Assembly (NCBI RefSeq): GCF_016432865.1
Contig: NC_067401.1
Location: forward strand, 30,628,001-30,692,000
Length of the DNA: 64,000 nt
Direction of reading: 5' to 3'
Source of the DNA: Antechinus flavipes
Taxonomy: Eukaryota
Shown: in pieces, positions 19,301-30,664 of the stretch
Numbering within the stretch: the first letter of the stretch is position 1
Layout: every line of letters starts with the position of its first letter
Made by a program: the position numbers and the translations under genes
The notes under the pieces: generated by a model
The model's database searches: none
Seen by the model: only the letters and a program-made list of their open reading frames with translations
What the model was told of the DNA's origin: nothing

Positions 19301-21643
19301 ACCTGAGACTAAATCCAGTTTCAGATACTGGCAGTCAATCTCTGTTTGCCTTAATCTACTGGAGAAAGAAATGGCAAACCACTCCAGTATCCTAGAAACT
19401 GGCATGCTATGGTTCATAAGATCATGAAGACTAAATAAATGTGCCAGGGTGTGCTAGGTACTTTACAAATAATATTTCATCCTCCCACTAACTCTAACCC
19501 CCCTAGGATCATTATTGATAGTTGCCTATTTCTAACCTTTACTCCTGCTCTTTATAGGATTATAAGTGTAGAGCTGTGAGAGACCTTAGAGATTTCAGTG
19601 TTTTCACTAAATAGATGAGGGACCCATTGCCTGAGGAAGGGGAGTGGTTTGGTCAAGGATGCAGGACCCTAAGTCACTTCCGCCATGTGCTTTCTCTCCT
19701 CATCTCTTAGGAAACCAGTACTGGGAGTATGAGTTCCAACAGCAGCCCAGCCAGGAGGAGTGTGAGGAGAGCACAATGTCCGCAGTGTTCGAACACTTTG
19801 CCGTCCTTCAGAGAAATAGCTGGAGCAGTATCTTCGAACTCCTCTTTGGGAATGATGAATCAGGTATCCTAAGCCTTCTCTGCTTCCAGGATGGATAGTT
19901 AAAAAACATTTTTAAAGCATTTTTATGTTCTAAGTACTGAGAGCAACCAAAGTCCATATAGACCTCAAGGGGCTTACTTTCCAGTGGAGGAGCAGTAGGA
20001 TCTCTGGCGTGCCCTCCCCCTTCTTCACCTGAGCCCTCAGCTCTGGCCACGTTCAACCCCTCACTTCCTGTCTCTGCTCCCATGTGGCGTGGGCTGCCCT
20101 TGGGATCCTGTTGGGATCCAGGAAGACTTGGGTGGAAGAGGAGGCCCCAGGGGAACCCACAAAGTTTATGACCTCACAATTTCTATTTGCTTAGTCCTAG
20201 ACTTTGCTTTTATTGACCTAAGCCCCAACTTGGCTGAGTTTGGACCCCCACACTTTGGACTTTGGTGTGGCCGAGGAGGCACAGAGAGGAGTCCGGTGCT
20301 GTGCCGGGAAATGGTGGCGGGGGGAGGATCAGAGGATTGGAAGGGGAGATTCCCTTCCTCCAACTCCAAGGTTGGAGGACAAGGGAAGGACTTCCCCAGA
20401 GATGGTCTTCTGGAGAATAGGGCAAAAAGCAGTGGAGGTTCTGGTGCGGTAGATGGACAAGGATGTAGGATCAGGGACTGGTTCTATGCCTAACTCAGGC
20501 ATGGTGGAAAAAAGTATTCGATTTTGAACTAGAAGAACTAGTTTCAAATCTCAGCTCTGCCACTTATGACGTGTATGACTCTGGGGAAAATATTTGAGAT
20601 GGGGGACCCCAGTTTGTAAATGAGGGGGTTGAATTGCCTTTTCTAGTTCTAGCTCTGTGATCCTATGGTCTGGTGCCCAGCTGTGTGGCCCTGGGGAAGC
20701 TACCGCCCTTTTCTGAACCTCAGTTGCTCTCTTTGTAAAGGAAGAGGGTTGGTTCTGAGCTCAGTTCCATCCAGCTTCGGCATCTGCTGTTTGATAACGG
20801 GAGATGAGAACGAGAGTGTCAGGGGTGCAGTGAAGGTCTGTGTAGAGTCCTGTGGGTTCCCTTCCCCAATGACCCATTCTTTGTTCTGCCCTCCAGAGGG
20901 GACAAGGGGCCCTTGGCTCATCCAGGAGCACTGGCTCGGGCTGCCCGATAGGGTAGACGCTGCCATGGCCGGCCGCATCTACTTCTCCTCGCCATCTCAT
21001 ACCCACTCTGATTGGGCTCAGAAGCGCAAGAACAAAGCCAAGGCTAAGGGCCGTCGGAACCGGAACCGCAAGCGCTACAGGTCCCGCCACTCCCGCCACT
21101 CCCACCACTCCCGCCACTCTCGGGATATATGGAGCTTTCTATACTCTGAAGAATATGGGTCAGATTATGACCTGGGTCTTGACTTCGAATGGTTGCAACC
21201 ATCCCAGTGTGAGCCCATCCAGAGCATCTATTTCTACGTGGGGGGTGAGCCACTCCCCTCTCCTCCTCCCTTTATCCTCTTTCCCTCCTCTTTTTTTTCC
21301 CTCTCTCTCTTCCTCTCCCCCTTCCTCTCCTTTTTTTTCTTCCCTCTCCCTCCCCTCTTCTCTTTCTCTCCCTCCCCCAATCCCTGGCAATACAGCAAGG
21401 GATGGTGATTCTGTTGTTCTTCCTTGAGGGAGGTTTGGAGGGAAAGGGGCAGGAGAGACTGCAGCTCCTGCCAGAGGGTCTGAGTTGGACCTTCCTTACC
21501 CAAATCCCCCATTCTCTCTTTCAGACAAGTATTACCGGGTTAACCTCCGAACCAAGATGGTGGACGCCGTGGTTCCTTCCTACCCCCGCTCCATTGCCCA
21601 CTACTGGCTGGGCTGCCCAGTTATGAAAAGTTTTGAGAAATGA
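13320..21643 (+). CDS. VTN: Vitronectin, 8 coding exons, 473 aa
   Basis: Exons 13320-13377, 13591-13710, 15522-15848, 15999-16138, 16553-16709, 19711-19863, 20897-21244, 21525-21643; all GT-AG, total 1422 nt. Contains a signal peptide, an 8-Cys somatomedin B domain (SCRGRCQEGF...CQCDELCSYYQSCC), RGD at 15527-15535, hemopexin repeats (FDAFTDLKNGSLFAFRG; GIEGPIDAAFTRINCQGKTYLFK), a basic heparin-binding segment and C-terminal YWLGCP. AATAAA at 21797-21802. Confidence 0.98.
14170..15325 (-). mobile_element. 5'-truncated LINE-1 (ORF2 C-terminus plus 3' UTR) in VTN intron 2
   Basis: ORF 14731-15237 encodes the L1 ORF2 C-terminal region (QIKTNLRYHYTPVRLA...CWRGCGKTGTLIHCWW...PFWRAIW...CPSIGEWLNKL); the marsupial L1 3' UTR and A-tail are at the left end. 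Confidence 0.92.
17245..19080 (-). mobile_element. Cluster of LINE-1 fragments in VTN intron 5 (3' end 17245-17420; longer copy about 17425-18595; older piece about 18640-19080)
   Basis: Frameshifted ORF2 C-terminal peptides (MQIKTTLRYHYTPVRLA; CPSIGEWLNK) and repeated L1 3' UTR motifs. Confidence 0.88.
21250..21380. repeat. C/T-rich tract at the start of VTN intron 7
   Basis: About 130 nt of near-pure pyrimidines right after the exon 7 donor. Confidence 0.85.
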
Positions 21644-21796
21644 TCTCAACTGCCACAGCCCAAGCACCTCTGGGGATCCTCTCAGACCAAATCCAGTCCA
21701 ACAAGGATTTACAGAAGGTCTGCCATGCTCAGGAACCTTTGTATGCTAGGCATAGAAAGCTCAAAGGGAAACATCCCTATTATTGTGTGTGCTTTT

Positions 21797-21802
21797 AATA
21801 AA
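21797..21802 (+). terminator. VTN polyadenylation signal
   Basis: AATAAA about 150 nt after the stop codon, followed by U-rich sequence. Confidence 0.7.
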
Positions 21803-23288
21803 GTCCTTTTGGCCTATGTGATACTTTTCTAAATTATTATCCATCATAGATTTGGAGCTTAAAGGGAACCTGAGTCTCCCCCCCCCCCTAGCCCCAGCCC
21901 ATATTGCAGATGAGGAATATGAGGCACCTGCGGGATTAAGTGATTCACTTAGAGTCACCCAACTAACAAGTGTTTGTCTGAAGCAAGATATGAACTCAAA
22001 ACTTCTTGGCTCCAAGGCCAGAGCTCTAGCCCCTGAACCGCAGCTGCTAGTGGATAGGACATTGGATTTGGAGTCAGGGGATGCATGTTCAAAGCTGCCT
22101 CAGACATCAGCTTGTGTATATGACTTAAATAAGTCACTTAACGGGCTTCTCCTAGCCTCAGTTTTCTTATCTGTAAAATGGTGATAACAATAGCATCTAC
22201 TTACTAAATAAAGCTTTGAGATCATCAAATGTGATAAGATGTAAAGCACTTAGACAAATGCTGTTATTGTTAGATCATACTGTACTTGTGTATATGTATG
22301 TAATTGCATCTGTATATATCATACACGGAGATTTATCTATATCTACGTATCTGTAGGGAGAGAGGGTGAACCCCACATGTAGATCGGGACTCACATATGG
22401 CAAAACCTGTCATGGATCTCCAAAGGAGGCAGCAGAGACATCTATAGCCTCTTTTCCCTCCGTCCTCCTCCAAGGGAGACTTTCATTCCTGCCAGGAGGG
22501 GAGCAAGAAGTTGGAGCCAGAGGCTGCTCTCTGATCTCCTTATGAGCTAAAGTATATCCATGTATGCCCTTAAATATTATTAATGTAGGGGATATGATAG
22601 GGTTTGAGTTAGCTTCTGGGGAAGCTATGGGGAAGAGATCCCAAAGCCTATATCCCATATCTATATATGCCTTTCCCACCAACTAGCAGTTCCTCAATGA
22701 ATAGACATAGAATGTCTAGAGTTCATAGAATGAATAAATCCATTTATGAAAATCATAACAAAACAGAAATCACAGACGGTATTTATATATATAATATACA
22801 CATATATACACACATATAACATATATACTAGACTATAGAGAATGAAAGTGCTCTCATATTGGGAATAAAATAAATCAGTTCACCTGAGTAATGGTCCTGG
22901 TTCTCACCCAAAGGGAAACTTCCTAAAATCTCTAGAGCAACAAGTTGGGAATAGGGATATGATGGAGACCACCAGCTCTCCTAATAGCATCCCAAGCCTT
23001 TTTTTTCCACCAGCATCCTGAAGTGGGATTGATTTCTTCCAGAAAATCTCCAAAACAATTGGACACTTGAAGAGTCCCAAAGATCTGAAGCTTGATGGGC
23101 CCCTAAATGGGGACTTGATCCTGAAAAGCCCCCAAAAGGACTCAAAGGAGACTGGCTGATAACTGAAATTCTCTCAGCAACTTGGTCTTATCCCTTCCAC
23201 AGAACAGACATTGATCTCCATAAATAAGAAGAGAGTTCCATACTTTTGGGGCAGGGGTTACCCACACACATATATGTATATTATTATT

Positions 23289-23885
23289 AAGTTGCTCACT
23301 CATGTCTGAATCTTCCCAATCTCATGACTCATGGACCCTAGGCCCTTCTCTCTCCATTATCTCCCCAAATCTGTCCAAGTTCATGCATGTTGCTTCTATG
23401 ACACTATCCATCTCTTCCTCTCCCCTTCCTTTCTCCTTTTGCTTTCAATCCTTCTCAGAATCAGGGCCTTTTCTCATTGTGTGGCCAAAATATTGAAGCT
23501 TCAGCTTCAATAGTCTGAATAGTGAATAATCTGAATTAATTTCTTTAAATATTAACTGATTCGATCTCCTTGATGTCCAAAGAACTCTTAAAAGTCTTCT
23601 TCACAATTTGAAAGAGTCAATTCCATATGCCCAGCTTATAGTCAATCCCCCCACCATACACTACTGGAAAAACCATAGCTTTGACTCTGCAGACCTTTGT
23701 CAGCAAGGTGATGTTTCTGCTTTTTAGTCTGCTGTCCAGATTTGCTATAGGTTTCCTTCCAAGGAGCAAACATCTTTAAATTTCATGTGATCTTTGAGCC
23801 CAAGAATATAAAATCTGATGCTGCTTCCATTTCTTTTCCCTGTGTTCCAGGAAGTGATGGGACTAGTTGTCATGATCTTAGTTTA
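23289..23885 (-). mobile_element. RTE-BovB-type LINE 3' fragment
   Basis: Matches the recalled reverse-strand BovB 3' region: GTGGCCAAAATATTGAAGCTTCAGCTTCA, GATCTCCTTGATGTCCAAAGAACTCT, CACTACTGGAAAAACCATAGCTTTGACT, TTTCCTTCCAAGGAGCAAACATCTTT, GAAGTGATGGGACTAGTTGTCATGATCTT. Confidence 0.8.
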
Positions 23886-24549
23886 TTTCTAATATTAAGA
23901 TACACACATAAGTAAATATTCAGGCAGGAAGTGCAGGGGCTTCCAAGCTATGATCAGTATAGGATTTTTGGTCTGTTAACTCCTCCTTAGTCAAAATCCT
24001 CCTCCTGGTGTCTTCACTATACCAATACTACATGGATTGGGGGTTTCAGATGGGCTCAGTCCCCCTGGAGCTCAGAACTCAGAAGTCCAAACACTCTGTT
24101 TGGACAACCTACATTGTAGCAGGAATCACAGATATATATCGCCATGTTCTTCCTATCTTATTTTTATCTTCTTCACATATCTCTATCACCTCCCCCAAAG
24201 AATTTTCTCCCTTGTAGCAAAGAATACAAAAGAAAGAGGAGGAACGAATAGCTCAGACTGCACAGTATGTGCATATCCATGATCCCCCATCTCAACAAAG
24301 CAGGGAGGGAGGTCCATTTTTTTTCTTCTGCATGCTGTATACCGAGATGTCCTCTGTCCTAGTGGTCAAGGACTCCTGGGGTGATCCTGAGAAGGATACG
24401 GGGGAGAGTGTTCACAATATTGCCATTTTAGAAAGATTTTGTCAAGTTGGAGAACATTCAGGGGCCTTGAGACCATGCATGGGAGGAACTAGGATATTTG
24501 TTTACTTTAGAGGCCACTTGGAGACTGTTTTAAAACATTCAGAATGTTG

Positions 24550-24785
24550 AAATGGTTAATGCAGAAGAGAGAGCAGTGAGGTAGGAGTCAGGAAAACTTG
24601 AGCTTTCCTGCCTCGGACGTTTCCTAGCTGTGTGATCCTGGGCAAGTCATTTCAATCATGTCTCAGTTTCCTCATCTGTAAAATGGGGATAACAATAATG
24701 CTGTAAGGATCAAATGAAGTAATAATTGTAAAACTCTTAGCACAGTGCCTGGTACACAGTAGGCGCTATATAAATGTTAGCTATC
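24550..24785 (+). mobile_element. MIR-like CORE-SINE (representative; similar relics at about 16390-16530, 20500-20660, 22050-22270, 27840-28030, 28620-28840, 49120-49260)
   Basis: CCTAGCTGTGTGATCCTGGGCAAGTCA...CTCAGTTTCCTCATCTGTAAAATGGGGATAA...CTTAGCACAGTGCCTGG. Confidence 0.75.
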
Positions 24786-26394
24786 ATGTTGTACAAGAGG
24801 AATCCTGATCTGTTCCCTTTTGGAACCAGAGAGAAACAAGGGATGTAAGAGGCAAAAGTGTATCAATCCCCAACAAGGACAGCTGTCCCCAGATGAGCTA
24901 AACAGTGTTGGGAGATCTTCATATAGGGGCTGGATGACCACTTATTGAGGATACCGGAGAGGGAAATTATTTTTCAGTTATATGTTGTACAAGATGTACT
25001 TTGAAGTTCCTTTTAGATAGGAGATACTATGAATTCTGAGAAGGTGATGGATCTGTGTCGGTAAAGACATCAGCTGATGTCCATGAGGACTAGCAGGGTC
25101 CACAGTCAGGGGATGTGGCAACTATGGGAACAAGGAGACACGATGGATCTGGAATCCTTAGCAGGGTGGTTCTGTGATTAGAGGAAGAGCACTCATGGAT
25201 ATCTGATGAGCTTACGGAGTATGAACATCCTCCTACCCCTCTCATCCCGGGTCTCCTTTACCCCCAGCCCCACCAAACTTTAATCTCTTATTATCTCTAA
25301 TCTTTCTTTTTTTTCCAGATTAAAAAGTTAGTTGGGAAAATGTTTAACAAAAATAAAATTACAACGTAACATAGATAATGTTAATTTGTGGTTTTCTAGT
25401 TCAATCTGCAACCTGTAAGGATAATTTGTATTTGAGTTTGACAACACTGAAACTTGTTGACAGCCATTATATTCTAGCGTGCCTTGTTTTGCCAGGCCTT
25501 TCAAATATTTTGAGGGTTATCCCCGGTTTGTAGCATGGGGGCATATATCGCCAGCCTCTTCTTCTGCCATCATCCCTTCTCCAAGGGACTTTAATTTCTA
25601 CTAGGAGGGGAAGCCAGAGATCGGGCCCACAATCTACCACTCTACTCTCTTGAGAGATGGAAGGGGTATCTCCATTCTCTAAAGAATGAGCCGAGTTAGT
25701 TTATTCCTCTGGTCTCTGTTGCCTTCATTCCTAGGCTAAGGCATCTATGTTAGGCTTGGGAATGGGGAGAGGCCATGAGTTTGAGAGATGGGGAGTGGCA
25801 GGAACCCCAAATTCACCTGTCTCCTACTCCTAAAAATGATACTGAGCCTCTTCAGGTGTCCCCTTAAGCAAAAATAATGCATAGGAAAAAGACATCCCCT
25901 TTACCTTTATCTATAGGGGATAAAGAGTGTACTTTGAAGTCAGGAGGACTTGGGTTCTAGATGTATTACCTTTGATAAGGTCCTCAACTTCTCACTGCCC
26001 CCAGGCAATTCCCTCAGGTACACAACAGATACTCCCACATTGATAGAGGGAGGTTTCTCACCTGGGGTTTCTCTACCCAAGGGGATCAAACTCATCATCT
26101 TAAACTCCAGAGTCAAGACCAAAGCAGATTAAAAGATGGATGGGGCAATGTTTAACAAAAATAAATAAAAAATACAGCATAGAAAATGTTAATTTGTATT
26201 TTTCTAAGTTAATATATGCTCTGCAATGATCCCTTTGCAATTTAACATCACTATTCTGTACCAATGAAATCTAGATCCAGACTCTATCCCAAGAAAGAGT
26301 GCTGTGTTCAAACCTCTTCTTTCAGATCAATAAACATTTACTTAGCAGTTATCATATGAAAGCTAATGTAATACTACAAAATTTTGTTACTATT

Positions 26395-26500
26395 GATAAA
26401 TTATTATTATTATTATTATTATCACTACCATGCTATTTTACTAAATTGCTTTCATTATTACTATACTATTATTAAATTAGCACATTATTATTATTTTTTT
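26395..26500. repeat. (ATT)n-rich microsatellite region
   Basis: ttattattattattattattat run plus interrupted copies. Confidence 0.85.
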
Positions 26501-27094
26501 ATTGATTGCTTTTGTTTTTATAACACCATCCATTTCTCGATAGAGTCTTTCCTCTAACTTCTGTAAGAAAGCCATCTTCAGAGATTTCCTGATCTAAATT
26601 TATCATTTTGAGAAGGAGGTGAGATGCCTCTCCAAATCAAATTTATTACTCTTTCCCACCTTCATGTGCCTCACTCTGACCTTTGCTTATGTGAGGCATA
26701 TGTGAGCCTTCAATACCCTCTTCACTTCATCTACTCAGATAAACAACCAAAAACAACTAAAAAAAAGGTAAAAATAAAAAAAACCAACCTATTAAAAAAA
26801 AAAAAAAACCCTTGATGTTAAGTGATATTTATATAGTGATTTAAGGTTGATGAAGTGCTTTATGCATCTATTCCTCAAAACAACCCTGGGAGTTATGAGG
26901 TGACATTCTCAAGGGGTGCCAGGGGGGATGCCCTTCCTGGGTGGGGAGCTGGGGAGACCTATCTAGAGTTAGTGTTCCCAAGCGATCAGTCTTTATTTAT
27001 AGCTGTAGAAACTGAAGTTGAGTGTGATCAAGTGACTTACCCAGAGTCACACAGTTAATAATGTATAGAATTCATTCATTCATTCATTCATTTA

Positions 27095-27265
27095 TTTTTA
27101 TTATAGCTTTTTCTTTACAAAACATATGCATGGGTCATTTTTCAACTTGCAAAACCTTCTGTTCCAATTTTTCCCCTCCTCCCCCCATCCCCTCCCCTAG
27201 ATGGCAGGTAGCCCCATACATGTTAAATATGTCAAAGTATATGTTAAATACAATATATGTAAATG
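27095..27265 (-). mobile_element. Short LINE-1 3' end
   Basis: Same terminal motif as 14175-14350 and 17245-17420. Confidence 0.75.
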
Positions 27266-29291
27266 TATACAATTTGAACATGGGATACTGATTCCAAGTC
27301 CACTGCTTTACCCACTCTTCCAAGCAACTTATTTCACTTGACCTAAAGTTCCACAAACTCCCTCTGGCCAAGGAGCTTCAGGGAGGGTTGTGTGGAGGCA
27401 GTGAATTTGGACTGAATCATGAAGAATGGCAAAGGTTTTGCTGGTTTGAACATGGTTTGAAATGAAGGAGCCGAGTCTAGACAACTGCTAAGATCCATTT
27501 GAGTTCTAAATTTGAGAGCTCATTAGGTAGCTTGGGGCTGGATTGAGAAAATCAGAGAGTTTGGATTTATGCTCTTTGGGTTTTTCCTGCAGGAGGCTGA
27601 CAAGATTTGAGATTTAGGATTGGAAAGGGTCTTAGAGATAATCAAAGTCCAATTCCCTCACACTAAACATGAGTGCCCAACATTGCATAAGCTTTGAATA
27701 TTGACATGGGATTTGGATTGAGATCATGTGATTTCAAATCAAGGGTTCTTTTGTTGTTTTTCTTTCGTTCTCAAAGAGGACCATGATGCAAGTGAATTGA
27801 CTGTAAGTGAGGGAGGCTGTGCAGCTGGGAGAGTATGGAGACTATATGCCATAGTGGAAAGAACATTGGCTTTGTAGGTAGAGGAGCTGAATTCAAATCC
27901 TGTCTCCACTACTTCTTAACTGTGATTTAGGGCTTCTCCTCTCTAGCTTCAGCTTCCTTCTCTGTAAAATGAGATGGTTGGATTAGATAAACTCTAAGGT
28001 CCTTTCCAGTCATAAATCTATATCCCTAAGGACACCAATGAATAACTTTGCTATAGTCAATAAAATGGCTATGGTCAAGTCAACAGACACTTATTAAGCT
28101 CTTACTGTGTGCTATCAACCAGGGAAAAAGTGGTAATGGGTTCGGACCTGCCCTCTGGCTTCTCTTATTTGTGTGGCCATGACTTAAACAGATGCCCATC
28201 TGCCCGCCCTTCAGATGGATAACGTGAGGAAGGAGTCAGAGAGGCCGCAAGGTTTTGAGTTGGGGGGCAGGGAGGATGGTGTCGTCCTGGGCGAAGTAGG
28301 GAGGTTTAGATTGCAGCAGCTTTTTAGGGGGGATAAAAGGGTTCGAGGAGGATGACTCAGTGATCCAGTGCTCCCTGTGGGGCTGAGAAAGAGCAGCTTC
28401 AGAGAGTGATGGGGATCCAAGCCAGGCTGAAGCGGATGGGGTGGCTGAGTTTCTTTATCAGCCAGTCAGTCAATAAACATTTCTCCGTAAGATGGGGATC
28501 CCAGTGGTACTCACCGAGCAGAGTTATTGCAAAGATCAAATGAGCCGCCGTCCCCCCCTCCCCATACACACAGCTTTGCAAACTTCAAAGTGCTGTAGAA
28601 GTGTAAGCCATTAGGCAGCTAGGCAGTGTGTATATTGATATATTGACTGTAGGGCTGGAAATCAGGAGGAGGAGTTTCTAACCTGCCTCCATCGCTTCCT
28701 CGGCCGTGTGACTCTGGGGAGCCCAGCTGCAGGATGAGGATAAAACCCGCGCTTCCCTAATAGGGTTGTTGCGAGGATTCAGTGGGATATTATCTGTAAA
28801 GTGCTTGCAAATCTCTGAGGGCTCTATCAATGCTAGCTATGATTACTGAAGACAGAAGGGGTGGTGAAGCAATTAGGCAGAGGTTTTGGAGGAGGCTGGG
28901 GTGCAAGGGAGGAGAGGGAGAGGGAGTCCCCCTTCCTCTAAACTCCTTCATCACTTCCAACCACCCCTAAGCTCCCGGCCCCTTCGTCTCTTCTGCGCTC
29001 CAGCCCTCAGACTCCGACTCCTGGGGTCTCCCACCCACCAGAGACTCTGACTCCTGGGGTCTCCCACCCACCAGAGATCTTTGCCTCTCGGGAAAGGGCC
29101 GGAGCTGCAGAGGATCCCAGACACTGTCAGAGGCGGGGCAGGGCTCGGCGAGCAGCATAAAAGCCAAGGTGGGGGGGAGGATGTAGCTCAGTTGTCCGGG
29201 GCTAAGAGACAGTGGAGGAGGAACCTCTGGGATCTCTGCTAGGTCAGGGGAAGATAAGACTTTCCCAAAAGCTCAGGGCAGACCCTCGGTC

Positions 29292-30664
29292 ATGGCCAGA
29301 CTCCTCCACTCAATGCTCGACTCCTCAGCAGGAGAAACAATCTCTCGTCCTCCAATGGATACCTCAGAGGCAGGTGGGGCTGATGGGGAGCAGAAAGAGG
29401 AGGGAAGTTGGTGGAGACTGGGGTGTATGGAGACAAGATGGGGGTAGGGGGGAGAGGGAAGGCAGAAAAAATAGCTTTTTGTGGATAAATTAAGGAGGGA
29501 GCCAGAGAAGACTGATACAGAGTTGGGAGGGATGATGAGGATTTTGGAGAATTGGGAAAGGATGGAGCCGTTCAAGGAAATGGAAAAGGGGAGTCGAGTG
29601 ACTGAAGAGTAAATGGGGAGAGATTGACAGGTTGGATAGAAAGAACGGGGAGGCTTGGGCTTGAAGGGGAAAGATGGGGAGAGACTTGCATGGGAGGATG
29701 GCAGGGAGATGGTGAGGTTGGAAGGGAGGGGCAAGGGCTTGGGAATGAGAGTGGGACATCAGGAGAGGTTCAAAGGGGAAAGATTAAAGGAGATGGGTGT
29801 TGAAAAAGGAAGTGCGAGTTTAAGAGGAAAATTAGGGGAAGGGGGAAGAGAGAAAGGGGAAATGGAAGCCAGGGAGCCAGTTTGGAGGTGAAGGAGTAGC
29901 GGCCTTAGTTTTTACCCTAATGCTATTTTCTCTCCAGGGCGGGCTCCGGTGCCGGGCACCCGACGTCGGAAACGCACTACATTCAGCAGGGGGCAGCTGC
30001 TAGAGCTGGAGAGGGTGTTTGCTGCCCGGCCCTACCCAGACATCGGCACCCGAGAGCGGCTGGCCCGGCTCACGCGGCTTCCTGAGGCCAAAATCCAGGT
30101 GAAGCTGCCTCTCCTGCCCTTTCTGGCTGCCCTCCTCCCGCCTCCCTCCCAAGCTCCCAGCTCCAAGAGCTGGGAAGCAGGACTCCGGGCTCCCAGCCGC
30201 TCGGCCCTCAGACTCTGCTTTGTGAGGTTTATTCCCTTTCTTTCTGGAAGTGGAGCTAGAAGCTGGAACTGATTCTCCTTCCTCCCTCCCAGGTTTGGTT
30301 TCAGAACCGCCGGGCTCGAAGGATCAAGAGTAGGAAGCCTGAAGGACTGAGCGCCTGGACCAAGGAGCCCCGGGGAGCTCTGCCTCCGGCCCATAATCCT
30401 CTGCGCCCCCAGGACCCTGAGAGCTGGGGACCCGCGTCTCCGTGTGACAGGGAGCCCAACTGTCCCGCACCGGGCCTGGCCCCAGGATACAGTGCTATGA
30501 GGGCCAAGGTACTGGGCCCTGGCGGGGCAGGCCCCCCAGGTGGGATGCCCAAGCCTCCAGGGCCACTCAGCCGCTGGGAGCGGGCTGCCAGCCAGACCTC
30601 TCTGGGCAGCCTCTCCGACCTCATCTACAACGCGGCCATTGTCGCCAACTTGGATGACGCCTAA
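29292..30664 (+). CDS. SEBOX: SEBOX paired-like homeobox protein, 3 exons, about 204 aa
   Basis: Exon 1 CDS 29292-29373 (in-frame ATGs at 29292, 29313, 29355; start choice uncertain). Exon 2 is 29938-30098 ([19 protein letters not shown]...LPEAKIQ). Exon 3 is 30293-30664 ([12 protein letters not shown]...[23 protein letters not shown]). The C-terminal motif and position between VTN and TMEM199 match SEBOX. TATA-like CATAAAA near 29156. Confidence 0.9.

Noticed and set aside
29168-29215. GGATGTAGCTCAGTTG resembles a tRNA 5' end / A box
   Set aside because: No B box, no cloverleaf and no 3' acceptor stem; it sits in the probable SEBOX 5' UTR.
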